Positions 28,978-39,295 of a stretch of 55,667 bases of DNA are shown here, in pieces. Both the position numbers and the translations under genes were made by a program. How positions within the stretch are numbered: the stretch's first letter is position 1; each line of letters begins with the position of its first letter. Location of the stretch: positions 1-55,667 of IMG/VR virus record IMGVR_UViG_3300023171_000315. The stretch is one strand, 5' to 3'. The notes under the pieces were generated by a model, which was not told the origin of the DNA, made no database searches, and was given only the letters and a program-made list of their open reading frames with translations. This DNA is from a virus. Taxonomy: Duplodnaviria > Caudoviricetes.

Positions 28978-30420
28978 CTAATTGGTTATTTTCGGATCAG
29001 TTATTTTAGGAGCCAAAGCAGCACGAGCTGCTTCCTCTACCTTTATCTTTTCGTATTCTTCTTCTGGATTATCAGTAAAAGCAAGTTTGGCTATAGCCGT
29101 TTCCTTGCTCATTAAACCAGCGCCTACTAGAGTAGCTATATTCTGGTATTCCTCAGTTAAGTTGCGTGGTAATTTAATTTTAAATTTAGGCTTAATAACC
29201 ATGCTAATGGAAGGTTTGACGCTTACATTAATTACAGATAAGGCTGGCTTAAGAAAATTAAAGTGTCTTTGCCATTCCATACCCAAATCACCCTGTTGAT
29301 CTGATTCAGCTTGATTTGTAGCTGGCATAAACATCATCTCAATAGCTACACCAGGTATGTTTGAAGATCCGCTAATTTGCTCCATTGAAATTTGTGGAGT
29401 ATTAGTCTCATCATATATATCACGTCTTAAATTCTTTCGTTCTTCCGTAGCTGATGCTTGAGATCCTTTTGCTTCAACATATTTAAGATCTCCACCATTT
29501 TCTATTTCAAATGATTTTCGAGTGTTCTTCGTTCCACCACCAGACGCTGCTTCAATTTTACCGAATGAGGCCAATATAGGAAATGCACTGATTTGGTTTT
29601 CGTCTGCAGTATCTGAGTCTACCTCTTCCACCCGATCTATTTTAGGCAACACATCTGCGTAAATAGTTCTTTTTGTACCGTGAAAAACAAAGTTAGCCTT
29701 ATCATAAGCTATGGTCACGAAGGTAGGAGCTTCGTCTTTACCTACTGTGTATGTAATAATTCTGTCGGACAAATGCAGATCCAACTTTTCAATGTCATCT
29801 TCACCCACTTTAATGGAATATTTACGGGCGCAAGTAATCATATCATTATAACGATTGTAGATAGGGATAGCCAAGCTGCCGTCTTCAGGACTAAAAACAG
29901 AAAGTCTCATTTTAAACTTACTATTTGGCGATATATCTCCCCAAAAACCCTCCTCTGCTGGTACACTATACCACACTGCCATACATTGAGTGTAAGTCTT
30001 TTTTAGTCTGTCAATTTTTTGACAAACATAATCGAGCTTATTGTCCTCCCACGTCTTATCCATCATAGCGGCCATAGTTTCGTCACTAGCAAAGCCATCT
30101 CTAATTCGATAGTCCCTATCGATTCCTCCTGATAGGGCCATCCTAACACTCCAGTCAATAATTATTTTCTGTGTATTTGATGGAATACGATGGACGTCTT
30201 TTTTTTCGGTACGATAAGTCATGTTGCCTGCTGCATCGTAAACCCCTGTAGCTACATCAACATCGCGCCATGGTCGATAAGACTGATCTTTAACAACCTT
30301 ATGGTTTTCAGGTTCAATATCAAAAGCATACTCTGGAATTGTCGGCGCAAGTGCAACAATCTTTTCAACTAACTTTTTTGGTTCGCCCGCTAATAACTCT
30401 TGTAGTTCCTCTATTTCCAT
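28978..30420 (-). CDS. Portal protein (SPP1-like; likely start MEIEEL at 30420)
   Basis: About 480 aa downstream of TerL; YV...S...TP.IS...GVA...F...PRN...MSKETAI pattern. Confidence 0.85.
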   Translation of the reverse strand: MEIEELQELLAGEPKKLVEKIVALAPTIPEYAFDIEPENHKVVKDQSYRPWRDVDVATGVYDAAGNMTYRTEKKDVHRIPSNTQKIIIDWSVRMALSGGIDRDYRIRDGFASDETMAAMMDKTWEDNKLDYVCQKIDRLKKTYTQCMAVWYSVPAEEGFWGDISPNSKFKMRLSVFSPEDGSLAIPIYNRYNDMITCARKYSIKVGEDDIEKLDLHLSDRIITYTVGKDEAPTFVTIAYDKANFVFHGTKRTIYADVLPKIDRVEEVDSDTADENQISAFPILASFGKIEAASGGGTKNTRKSFEIENGGDLKYVEAKGSQASATEERKNLRRDIYDETNTPQISMEQISGSSNIPGVAIEMMFMPATNQAESDQQGDLGMEWQRHFNFLKPALSVINVSVKPSISMVIKPKFKIKLPRNLTEEYQNIATLVGAGLMSKETAIAKLAFTDNPEEEYEKIKVEEAARAALAPKITDPKITN

Positions 30421-30488
30421 TGTACACAAAAATAAATGTGTTGGCAATGGCTAACGGTTTGCTTTGCTTACTTGCTTGTGTTGGTAAG

Positions 30489-30866
30489 CTAAATCCAGAC
30501 TTGAAGCATTGATGTTATTTTTAAATGAGGGTAATGATCACGCCAGTATTTTAATGTACATATTGAATTACCTCCAAAAACATGTCCATCATAATAAACT
30601 GATTGATACCACCAAAGCTCTTTTATATCAGTTCTTTTGAACCTCATTAAACATGGATGTTCTGTATTTTCATCGAATTTATTCCAACGATTATTTACAT
30701 TAAAACCTAATTTTATAAACACTTCAACAAACTTTTGACCTCCCCAGCAATTATTATTAGGTGAGGCAGCTGCAATTTCTTCTAACGGGAGTCCTGTTAG
30801 TATTGCTATACTGGTAAAATGGCCATTTTCAGGATAATACCTTGTCCAATCAAGTTCGTATTTCAT
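30489..30866 (-). CDS. Hypothetical protein between terL and portal
   Basis: ORF with likely start MKYELD. Confidence 0.5.
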   Translation of the reverse strand: MKYELDWTRYYPENGHFTSIAILTGLPLEEIAAASPNNNCWGGQKFVEVFIKLGFNVNNRWNKFDENTEHPCLMRFKRTDIKELWWYQSVYYDGHVFGGNSICTLKYWRDHYPHLKITSMLQVWI

Positions 30867-30873
30867 AATATTT

Positions 30874-32331
30874 TTACATTGATAGAGCCCTAACACCCAG
30901 TCCTTTTTTCTTGTTGATGAAAGCTAAGTATTCAGCGGAATAATTATGAGTAATCAAATAACGCTTACAATCTGTCGCGTGACCAAATTCTTGATAAGTA
31001 ATTTTGGTAACTGGATCTTTCTTCGTTGATTTAAGTACGGTTCCGTCAGAATCTTCTTTGGTATACTGGTAATCAAATATTGACTTCTTGCATTTTGAAC
31101 TAATACCAACAGTTATTCCACTGGTGCTATTGCCTGAATAAATTTCATTTATGAAGTTTCCGGATTGGACCACCGATGGATTAACGCTCTGTATTTTAAG
31201 AATCGGCTTATAGTCTTTTAATTCCTTTAAAATATCTGTGAAGTAGTTCTCGCCTTTTTCTTTTTTTGTATCTTCCTTTATGGAAGTTTTATCACCTCCA
31301 ACAAACAACCCCGCGACTTCATCTAAAGGATAACGCTTAACAAATTCTTTTGCAGCATGAACCACACGGTTAAGTGGATCTTTCATAAATATTTCATCTA
31401 TTTGCTGAACGTGCTTGCCTTTTAATTGCCAAACTGTCCAAGGTAGATATGGGTGTACGTTCTCATCGCAAGACAACCATATAGGCAAAGATTTATCCCA
31501 AACCACATCATTTACATGCATTTCTGGCTTAAATTCTTTCCAAAACTCACCGCCAAATGTCGCTTTACCCCACTCCCCAAGAACATTCACGCGGTAAGAA
31601 TTATAATTTTTCAACCTCATTTGTTCATAGGTAGAAATAAGATTTTCATCCCTAAAGCCATAAGTACCACACGGGGAGCCAGTAATCCAATAGTTATCCT
31701 CGTACGTTGTTCTGATCAATACCACTTTACCGCATGTCGATATCTTAACAAAGCTATTTTCGGATGGTAATTTGTGGTTTTCCATCTCAACGAACTCGTA
31801 AGAATCCAAAAGCTCAGTTTTAACCCAACTTGTTTCATCAACTGGGTTCCATGCTGCAAAAATCTTCTGGCCCTGTATACCACGAAGCGACATGTTAAAT
31901 TGATCGAACTCAGCTTGCTCAAAATGATCGAGCTCATCCAGGAATAAATATTTATATGATTCAATCCCTTTAGCTTTGCCTTCAGTATCAAGACCTTTTA
32001 AAACTATTTCAGAGACAGTTCCTGCCCTATTTTCGCATAGATACCTTCTATCTTGAGTATCAAATACTTTTTCAAGCCTAGTCGTAGATACTCCTAAATT
32101 GAAAGTCTTTTTTAAGGTGGTGGGAATAATTACAGATTCTTTTCGGTAGGCTATGGTATTACTAGCTTTTACGTAACACTCCTTTGTCAATAATTGGCAA
32201 ATAGAAGCTGTTTTAGCTGCAGATTTACCACCGTAAACCAGAATTGTTCTAATTGAATCGTCCTTAATTAATTCATTAAGAATAAAATATAGCGGATTAA
32301 ACCATTTTTTATCTAACCTAAGCGGATTCAT
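30874..32331 (-). CDS. terL: Terminase large subunit (PBSX-like)
   Basis: YGGKSAAKT Walker A variant, LFLDE Walker B, WNP, LGEWG, GHATDCKRY nuclease end. Confidence 0.92.
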   Translation of the reverse strand: MNPLRLDKKWFNPLYFILNELIKDDSIRTILVYGGKSAAKTASICQLLTKECYVKASNTIAYRKESVIIPTTLKKTFNLGVSTTRLEKVFDTQDRRYLCENRAGTVSEIVLKGLDTEGKAKGIESYKYLFLDELDHFEQAEFDQFNMSLRGIQGQKIFAAWNPVDETSWVKTELLDSYEFVEMENHKLPSENSFVKISTCGKVVLIRTTYEDNYWITGSPCGTYGFRDENLISTYEQMRLKNYNSYRVNVLGEWGKATFGGEFWKEFKPEMHVNDVVWDKSLPIWLSCDENVHPYLPWTVWQLKGKHVQQIDEIFMKDPLNRVVHAAKEFVKRYPLDEVAGLFVGGDKTSIKEDTKKEKGENYFTDILKELKDYKPILKIQSVNPSVVQSGNFINEIYSGNSTSGITVGISSKCKKSIFDYQYTKEDSDGTVLKSTKKDPVTKITYQEFGHATDCKRYLITHNYSAEYLAFINKKKGLGVRALSM

Positions 32332-32792
32332 TATTCATATACTTCATCGTCAAGGTCCTTACCAACCTTAATTGTTGTTTCAACCTCTGTCTTATCTCTC
32401 CACTTTTTAGGCTGTCTATTTTTAAGCCAATTTAAAGCTGCACCAGCATCAGGCGGAAAGTAAGTTTTAGTATCAGCACGAATGATTTGACCTTCCGATT
32501 GGAATATCTTTTCTGAATCGATTTCAAAGCCTTTAGCCCGATTATAAAATGAATTTGCTATCTCGGCATCAGCTTGGACCTTTCCTCGCGTGACTGACTG
32601 AAAAAACTCTTCATGTTCAGTTTTCCAATTGTTTATTGTTCTCTCATCAACATTAAAGAAATCAGCTAATTCAGTATCAGTTGCACCTAGCAAACAAAAC
32701 TTATATGCTTGTTCTGCATACTCGTCTTTGTAGAGAGTTGGTCGACCGCCGTCATTTCCTTTTGCGAATTTATTTTTTTTAGGTGCGGCCAT
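32331..32792 (-). CDS. terS: Terminase small subunit
   Basis: GRPT.Y...LLGATD.ELADFF.V...TI.NW and PPD..A...WLKNR.P..WRDK. Confidence 0.88.
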   Translation of the reverse strand: MAAPKKNKFAKGNDGGRPTLYKDEYAEQAYKFCLLGATDTELADFFNVDERTINNWKTEHEEFFQSVTRGKVQADAEIANSFYNRAKGFEIDSEKIFQSEGQIIRADTKTYFPPDAGAALNWLKNRQPKKWRDKTEVETTIKVGKDLDDEVYE

Positions 32793-33256
32793 TATAAACT
32801 TAATTTAAACTGACTATCATCAGCGTGAATAGAAAAGCATTTAAAGCGCTCCACGATGCTCATAACCTTTTGCTTAAATGGTCTTATAACACCGTTAGAG
32901 TTTGGGAGCATTGGAGCTTCCACGTAAACTTTTAAGGCATTGATTGATTCAGGATTATTTACATTGAGCATGCGCTGCATTTCATCACGTACACCGATCG
33001 GAAGTTTACCAGAAGCTTTACCATCTTCTTTTTTTCTTAAGTACGATAATGGCTGAAATAACTGGTAACAGGTCGCAATGAATATTAACTTCCTGTTTTC
33101 CTCAGATTCATCGACAAACGATTCCTGAACCTGGTTAAATATTTGCTCCACATACTTCGGGTTTAACAGTGTACGTCGAAACTGAGTGACAATGTCTCTT
33201 GCCTGCTCAGGATTGTTTTGGGCATAGACCCTTCCGATGATTACGTCTTGATGCAT
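32792..33256 (-). CDS. Hypothetical protein upstream of terS (late-activator candidate by position)
   Basis: First gene after motif A copy 2; function inferred from position only. Confidence 0.45.
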   Translation of the reverse strand: MHQDVIIGRVYAQNNPEQARDIVTQFRRTLLNPKYVEQIFNQVQESFVDESEENRKLIFIATCYQLFQPLSYLRKKEDGKASGKLPIGVRDEMQRMLNVNNPESINALKVYVEAPMLPNSNGVIRPFKQKVMSIVERFKCFSIHADDSQFKLSL

Positions 33257-33281
33257 GATGCTTATGCTTAGTTTACAAAGT

Positions 33282-33306
33282 TATTCAATTTATGCAGTTT
33301 TGCATA
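33282..33306 (-). promoter_or_regulatory. Operator/promoter motif A, copy 2
   Basis: TATTCAATT-TATGCA-GTTT-TGCATA, overlapping a minus-strand TAACTTTG -7 box. Confidence 0.7.
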
Positions 33307-33313
33307 TAATTTG

Positions 33314-33511
33314 TTAAATATTTTTTATTGATGGTATCGGATCATACTTTTTGATTGCGCTATAATCCTGAACGAAACCAATTGAATGCTCGAATAAATC
33401 AATATAATCGAAAGCACTTTCTCTAAATGCTTCGGGGTCTTTTGCTTTATCCAATTTGATTATGGAACCAGGCTTTAAATTGTCGAAGTAAGATTTGATT
33501 TTTGGATCCAT
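33314..33511 (-). CDS. Hypothetical protein
   Basis: 65-aa ORF. Confidence 0.5.
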   Translation of the reverse strand: MDPKIKSYFDNLKPGSIIKLDKAKDPEAFRESAFDYIDLFEHSIGFVQDYSAIKKYDPIPSIKNI

Positions 33512-33535
33512 AAGTCTCTGTTGCTTTTCGTCCCC

Positions 33536-33726
33536 TTAGTCTTTGTTAGTTAGTTACCCCTTATATAAGGGGGGTAACAAACAAAGACAAAAAGACTCTT
33601 TGTTGATTAGTCTTTGTTACCTAAAAAGACTGTTTAAACGTGTTTTAGACAAGTTTTTGTTAGTCTTTGTTACCTTATAAATTTTACCTAACAAAGAGTT
33701 TAGTCTTTGTTACCTAACAAAGACTA
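33536..33726. repeat. Iteron-like repeat array, putative phage replication origin
   Basis: TTAGTCTTTGTTA at 33536, 33607, 33660 and 33700; inverted copy TAACAAAGACTA at 33715; palindrome GTTACCCC-TTATATAA-GGGGGGTAAC; downstream of primase and helicase genes. Confidence 0.75.
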
Positions 33727-33772
33727 TTTAAACATCTTTAAAGGCCATTTTTGTCTTTGATATGACAATTAT

Positions 33773-34285
33773 CTATAATTTACTTTGAACCACAAACGGG
33801 CTATTTTTCGTTCGCCTTTTATTCTTCTGCTCCGCTTTTTTAATTCTTTCAGCCTTCAATTCTTCTCTATAAATCTCTAATTTTTCGCCGTTAGAATAAG
33901 GAGAAATAAAGCGATTAAAGGCATCTAATGACTTTCCTGCAATCACCCATTCAAAAAAGTAAATTATTTGCTCAGAAGTCTTAAAAATGTATGTTTTAAA
34001 GCCTTGCTTATCATGCTGGGCATGGACTACTTTTTGAGCAGCGGATACTTCACCTGTTTCAGTCTTAACTTCAATTGGGTAAAACTTGCCATTCCATATC
34101 AAATGCAAATCCTGAATTCCAGGGGTTACGCCTTGTCCAGTCATTACCGATGCTGTTAAATCATCTCGAAAGCCACCGTTTGGAATATGGTATATGACCC
34201 CGTACAGATCGTTATACTTATTCCTAATGTAAGTTATTGCGGTCTGCTGAATCTTTCCCTCAGACCAGTTTGATTCGTCTACCAT
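33773..34285 (-). CDS. VRR-NUC domain nuclease
   Basis: E..IQ...HIPNGG...GV.PG..DL...IEVKT..G.VS..Q. Confidence 0.85.
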   Translation of the reverse strand: MVDESNWSEGKIQQTAITYIRNKYNDLYGVIYHIPNGGFRDDLTASVMTGQGVTPGIQDLHLIWNGKFYPIEVKTETGEVSAAQKVVHAQHDKQGFKTYIFKTSEQIIYFFEWVIAGKSLDAFNRFISPYSNGEKLEIYREELKAERIKKAEQKNKRRTKNSPFVVQSKL

Positions 34286-34287
34286 AA

Positions 34288-35283
34288 TTATCTCAATAAA
34301 AAATCTGCAATATCTAGTCCTTTTAATCGATCCTCATCAGTGGCGATCTTTTCGATGTGATCAGATATACTGAAATTAAATTCCTTCGCTTTCACTTTCC
34401 ATTTGTCGTAAGCGCTTAATGGAGGTCCATTGCCAGACTTAAATATATCTGGTGATTGATTTATAGGCAACCAATAGCTTTTACCTCTGGTGTAAAATAA
34501 ATTGGTGTCATTATCCCTATAAAAATCGCCTTCTTCACCAAAGCAACCTAAATCTGGGAACAGAGTAACCGATCTATTACGTAATATTTCCATTTTAGAT
34601 GCGCTCAGCTGATTTAATCCCCCGCAAGCAAGCCACAAGTATTTATCAATAAATAAAGACGCTATAACAGCTGTTTTTTCACTTTCAACAATTGCTATAG
34701 GTTTATTATAAATATTAATTAGGTGCTCACCAAATAGACATTGCTTCAGGTTGAAATCAGGAAAAACATTCTTGCCCTCTGACTTTTTACTATGGAACCA
34801 TGTTGAAGAAACATCTTTGGCTCTCCTTCCGTCAGGGCCATACTTAATCATCTTTCCTGACCTGATTTGATTGTCCTTATCGAATTGCCAGAAGATTACC
34901 CAGTCCTTTGTGAAGCTGCTGGTATCATCAATCCCTATCCGATATTTATTTATTGCTTCGTAAACCTTTGACTTGCCTATTTTTTCTATTAAAAATTTAA
35001 ACAGATTATTCTGATCATAATCCTTGAAAGTATTTACTGCATACTCTTTTGGGATGAACGATGTTGGCTTTTCTTCAATGATTGATCTGGGAACAAAAAC
35101 ATAATCTTCTGCATCTTCTGGCATAGTAAAATAGCCGCAACGATCTTCTCGATCGCAACGGCCAAACTTTTCAGGAGCATAATTCTTTTCGATATCGATA
35201 AACTTTACAAATGTTTTTTTAGAACATCCAGGGCACATAAACTTTTTAGATGACCTGTCAAGGGTATATTTAAAAGCTTTCAT
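34288..35283 (-). CDS. Primase-like protein (Zn finger plus TOPRIM, DUF6371-like)
   Basis: CPGC...GRCDRE..CGY; QCLFGEHL; IVESEKTA; LFPD; DIAD. Confidence 0.8.
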   Translation of the reverse strand: MKAFKYTLDRSSKKFMCPGCSKKTFVKFIDIEKNYAPEKFGRCDREDRCGYFTMPEDAEDYVFVPRSIIEEKPTSFIPKEYAVNTFKDYDQNNLFKFLIEKIGKSKVYEAINKYRIGIDDTSSFTKDWVIFWQFDKDNQIRSGKMIKYGPDGRRAKDVSSTWFHSKKSEGKNVFPDFNLKQCLFGEHLINIYNKPIAIVESEKTAVIASLFIDKYLWLACGGLNQLSASKMEILRNRSVTLFPDLGCFGEEGDFYRDNDTNLFYTRGKSYWLPINQSPDIFKSGNGPPLSAYDKWKVKAKEFNFSISDHIEKIATDEDRLKGLDIADFLLR

Positions 35284-35285
35284 AT

Positions 35286-36434
35286 TTAAAAAGGTGGATC
35301 TTCATCATCCTGTTTTGGAACAATTGGTTTATTCCCGTAAAGGTTTTCAATTTTAGGTGACTCAATGAACTTTGCTTTGGGGATGTATTTAGGGTTCTTG
35401 CCCATATTACCTTCTCGCTGTTTGATGTATTTATTTTCCCAGATGATTCCGATCTCTAAAAGCCTATCTACAAATTCACGCGCCTTAGGATCACCAATTT
35501 CAAAACCATTTTTCATCATATATGAACGAACCGAATCATTCAGAGCGCCTTTTGTAATATGTTCTTTATGCTGAAAAATAAAATCGACCATATCAGGGTA
35601 CATCGCATCATATGCAGGATCCCAAGGATTTAATTTTTTCTTTTTACCTTCTCCACTTTGTGCGGCAATAGCTCCTGCAAAACCATCAACAATAAATGGA
35701 ATCCCATTTTCATCACGGTTGAAAGCAAAAATATCAAAGGCTTTAGATCTGGTATATTCAGGCGAACAAACGATTAATTTATCTTCATTCTGTTCCACTT
35801 TAACGACAGTTTCCGACTTATTGATCATTTCGGTTCCAAGATGCCCCCTTGCGTGCTCATTGCCTTTATTCTGGTGGAGTACGGCCATGATATGGGTATC
35901 GTATTGCTCCGCCCAGCGCATTAGGTGACCTGTTTTTGTTGTTGCCTCTTCTGGTGAATTGATATCATAAACCAAATCGCGGATACCATCAAGAATAACC
36001 AAGTCTGGGCGAAGTTCTTTAATAATCAATTCAATCATTTCGATCCTTTCCTGAGGCGTATGAATTTTTAAGTCATAGAAAAATAGTTTTTCGGAACTTT
36101 TAAATCCTGCGATGTGCAGCACCCAGCTTTGTGTCCTTGAACCATAGTATTGCCCTTGCTCAGTATCAATCCAAAGCGTAATGATATCTTCTTTAATGGA
36201 TTGAGCAACTATCCAACTGGTAACAGTTGTCTTACCGGCTTTCGCTTTGCCGATTAATGTTGAAATTGATTTTTTCGTAAAAAGCGGCACTCCATTAATT
36301 GAGAAAACAAGATCAGGCTTAGGTATTTCAATACCTTGCGGGATCAATGCTTGCTTAATTAGCGATTGAATATCTTTAGCAACAGGAGCCGAATTATTCA
36401 CTTCATCGATAAGGTTGATTATTTTTGGCTCCAT
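35286..36434 (-). CDS. AAA_25/RepA-like replicative helicase
   Basis: GKAKAGKT, IDTEQ, ILDGIRD, H.NK...RGHLG. Confidence 0.85.
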   Translation of the reverse strand: MEPKIINLIDEVNNSAPVAKDIQSLIKQALIPQGIEIPKPDLVFSINGVPLFTKKSISTLIGKAKAGKTTVTSWIVAQSIKEDIITLWIDTEQGQYYGSRTQSWVLHIAGFKSSEKLFFYDLKIHTPQERIEMIELIIKELRPDLVILDGIRDLVYDINSPEEATTKTGHLMRWAEQYDTHIMAVLHQNKGNEHARGHLGTEMINKSETVVKVEQNEDKLIVCSPEYTRSKAFDIFAFNRDENGIPFIVDGFAGAIAAQSGEGKKKKLNPWDPAYDAMYPDMVDFIFQHKEHITKGALNDSVRSYMMKNGFEIGDPKAREFVDRLLEIGIIWENKYIKQREGNMGKNPKYIPKAKFIESPKIENLYGNKPIVPKQDDEDPPF

Positions 36435-37889
36435 TTATTTTAAAACTATATCGACAAATTCAATTTTTTCTTGAGGTATGGTTTGGTGATCTAACCATGA
36501 TTTTTTGTAACCCATTGCAGCAGAGAAGTGAATCAGAAAGCCGTGGTTAATTTGTTCCTGTGCTTTCGCAATTCTTGCTGCGTAATGTTTTTTATTTTTT
36601 AATTTGGCATAATTAGCTAATTCTACTGGACTCAACTCACTTATCTTTTTACCCACCAATACATGATATTCGTCGGTTAAATCAATCAGCTCACCTTGGG
36701 CCATCCTTACTTCATTTTCAGGATATTCGTAATCACAATAGCTACATATCCTTGATGATATTGGAATGATGCTTTCACATGATGGGCAAGCTTTAGAAGT
36801 TGATGCCCCTTCTTTATCACTTGGCCTTTTTACTTTATTCCATAATTCCGAATAAGGCCTATCCTCAAAATATAAACCATGATCTTTCCAGTTGTTTCCA
36901 TAGTCAAGAACCGTAAACATATCCTTACCTGGATAGATCCTTGAACCCCTGCCAATCTCTTGTTGATATAAAGAGGTACTTTTTGTTTTGTGCATTAATG
37001 CAACCATATCAATGGGAGGATAATCCCAACCTTTTGATAATGACTTAATGGTTACCAGAATATTACACATATCCAGTTCGGTAAACTTGGCTAATTCATA
37101 ATCGCCATGATCCAAACCTGAATGATATCTGGTTGCGGCAAAACCTTCGTTATTCAAATTGACGTACAAAGCTTCGGCCTGCTTGATTGACGCAACGAAG
37201 ATGACACATTTTTTAAAAGGGAATGTCCTTAAATCTTCATACAAGCCATCATAAACAGCTCGGGCGCCAAATACACTTTCCTGTGATTTTTCAGTGTATT
37301 CACCGTTTCGAATTTGTAGTAATGAGGTATCAGCTGGGGTTCTTGCTTTATGGCGGTAGTTGGTTAAGAATCCATTCTGAATTAACCAATCAACCTGTGG
37401 TCCTTCAACCAAATCATTATAATATTCAGGCAAATGCTTATGTAAAACACCATATGGAGTAGCGGTTAAGCCAATACGATAAGCATTAGGTAAATGATCA
37501 ATTAGCTTGGTCGATGTAGCCACATGAGCTTCATCAATAAGCAATATCAGATTCTCCTTTAGGTTATCAAGTTGTTTGACTATTACTGGCCTTTTAAGGA
37601 GTGTCTGTATCATCCCAACGTAACAATGGCTTGCCTTTATCGTAGCCTCTTTAACTTTACTATTCAATTCTATACCACTGCATTCTTGTACAAGCTGATT
37701 GTAAATTTTTACAGCATCCGAAAGAACTAACACGGTTTTACCCTTTACGCAGGCATTCGAAACAATCATGCTAATCATTAAACTTTTACCAGCGCCTGTT
37801 GGAGCATGCATAATGACAGCCTTATTTTTTGCTAGTGATATACTTGTCCTTTTGACAAGATCCAATTGATAATCTCTCGGCTTTTTCAT
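36435..37889 (-). CDS. Superfamily 2 DEAH helicase with Zn finger
   Basis: APTGAGKS, IDEAH, GLTATP, QEIGRGSR, CPSC...CSYC. Confidence 0.92.
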   Translation of the reverse strand: MKKPRDYQLDLVKRTSISLAKNKAVIMHAPTGAGKSLMISMIVSNACVKGKTVLVLSDAVKIYNQLVQECSGIELNSKVKEATIKASHCYVGMIQTLLKRPVIVKQLDNLKENLILLIDEAHVATSTKLIDHLPNAYRIGLTATPYGVLHKHLPEYYNDLVEGPQVDWLIQNGFLTNYRHKARTPADTSLLQIRNGEYTEKSQESVFGARAVYDGLYEDLRTFPFKKCVIFVASIKQAEALYVNLNNEGFAATRYHSGLDHGDYELAKFTELDMCNILVTIKSLSKGWDYPPIDMVALMHKTKSTSLYQQEIGRGSRIYPGKDMFTVLDYGNNWKDHGLYFEDRPYSELWNKVKRPSDKEGASTSKACPSCESIIPISSRICSYCDYEYPENEVRMAQGELIDLTDEYHVLVGKKISELSPVELANYAKLKNKKHYAARIAKAQEQINHGFLIHFSAAMGYKKSWLDHQTIPQEKIEFVDIVLK

Positions 37890-38467
37890 TATGCGTAAAT
37901 AAAATCAGTACTGTTTGTTTTGTGTTTCGCTATTGCAGCCCATACTGTTCCCTTAGGTCTGTTAATGGTAAAAGCGGCTTCAGTTAAGCATTCGTAGTAG
38001 ATGCCTGTTTTAGTGTTTAAAATCCATTTTGATAGCCTGTTATTCGCTCCTGATATAGATTGTTTTTGTTTAGATCTTCCTTCAGGAGAGCATGTTTTAC
38101 CATACATTCCATTATTCTTACCTGAGTTACGAATCGAAATTTTTCTTTTTACTTCGTCAGATACCCTACCAGAACGACCCTCGCATCCAACCAATCTGAT
38201 ATTCATTCCTTTTTTATTAAGTACGTTATACGCTTCTTGAAAATACCGTTCAAGTTTATTCAGATCTTCGGCTTCACATGTTGTTAATATCTCCATGTTG
38301 TGAGCATTGAAGCCATATTTCTTAATTGAGTTGTATATGATGTGCTGACCTTTACATGTCGAGTTTCTATAATGGCGTTGCCTCTCTTTATAGCACACTG
38401 TCTGTCCAATATAAACCCTACCTGTAGGGCTAGTAATTTTGTAAATACATGTTATACCTTTCTTCAT
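37889..38467 (-). CDS. GIY-YIG homing endonuclease with NUMOD3-like repeat
   Basis: CIYKIT...VYIGQT; SGKNNGMYGK. Confidence 0.85.
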   Translation of the reverse strand: MKKGITCIYKITSPTGRVYIGQTVCYKERQRHYRNSTCKGQHIIYNSIKKYGFNAHNMEILTTCEAEDLNKLERYFQEAYNVLNKKGMNIRLVGCEGRSGRVSDEVKRKISIRNSGKNNGMYGKTCSPEGRSKQKQSISGANNRLSKWILNTKTGIYYECLTEAAFTINRPKGTVWAAIAKHKTNSTDFIYA

Positions 38468-39108
38468 CGCTTCGCTTTCTTTTTTAAAGTTGATAGATTA
38501 GCTTTAGCATTTACAGCCCGTAAACGGGTGTTAGCATTGTGAAAAGCGATGAAAGATTCTCTAATATTCCTAGATGCAAAACTGATTTCCTGCACGTGAT
38601 CAGCAGTTGTATCATTTAAGCAGGAATGCAGAAACTCAATGTTTTGCGACTTTAACCAGGTATTGCACAATTCATCGAAAGGCATATTATAATGATCAAT
38701 ATGTGTTGAATGGTCATCAATCAGGATTTCTCCACTAATTGGACATTTATCCACCCCAAAATTTACTTTAGCTCTTCTTCTGGCAACGACTTCCTTGATA
38801 GCAGATCTGCAGGCGCATTTAATATCACTTATTTTACTGGTGGCACCATCAATTGAGCGGATATAGGAGATATCAGAGGTGCTGCCATCAATTCGGGTAA
38901 CGAAAAAGCATCGGGTACTATATTCAATACCTTTAGCTATAAATATGTTACTTATGCCTGAACCAGCTTTAATATGGTATTCAGGATGGCCCTGAAAAAT
39001 TCTTAATAAAAAATTATAATCAGCAGTATTCTGTTCAAAAATAAATCCCAGAGGATTATCGTTAAGAATGGCTTTCGCTTGCGCTTTAAGTTTTGTTTTA
39101 ACAATCAT
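38464..39108 (-). CDS. DUF3223/DCL-like domain fused to an HNH-like C-terminus
   Basis: HP....K.G.GI...RCF...R.DG...D.SY, then CPISG...HIDH...FHN...LR.V...NL. Confidence 0.6.
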   Translation of the reverse strand: MIVKTKLKAQAKAILNDNPLGFIFEQNTADYNFLLRIFQGHPEYHIKAGSGISNIFIAKGIEYSTRCFFVTRIDGSTSDISYIRSIDGATSKISDIKCACRSAIKEVVARRRAKVNFGVDKCPISGEILIDDHSTHIDHYNMPFDELCNTWLKSQNIEFLHSCLNDTTADHVQEISFASRNIRESFIAFHNANTRLRAVNAKANLSTLKKKAKR

Positions 39109-39266
39109 ATAAATAAATATTATGTTATAGCTGCATTAATTAAACCCCATCCCTGTACAAAAATGGCCGTCAAGCATCACCAAATGGGATCTGGTAATAT
39201 GTACAGGGATGGAATTTTAAATGTCTTTAGTTCGGGTGACGGCCGCTTGGTAAAGATAATATTATT

Positions 39267-39291
39267 TATTCAATATATGCACTTTTGCATA
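39267..39291 (-). promoter_or_regulatory. Operator/promoter motif A, copy 3
   Basis: TATTCAATA-TATGCA-CTTT-TGCATA; minus-strand TATCTTTA -7-like box at 39251-39258. Confidence 0.7.
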
Positions 39292-39295
39292 GTTT

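Noticed and set aside
33536-33726. CRISPR array
   Set aside because: Repeats are 13 nt, irregularly spaced and partly inverted, and no cas genes are present.
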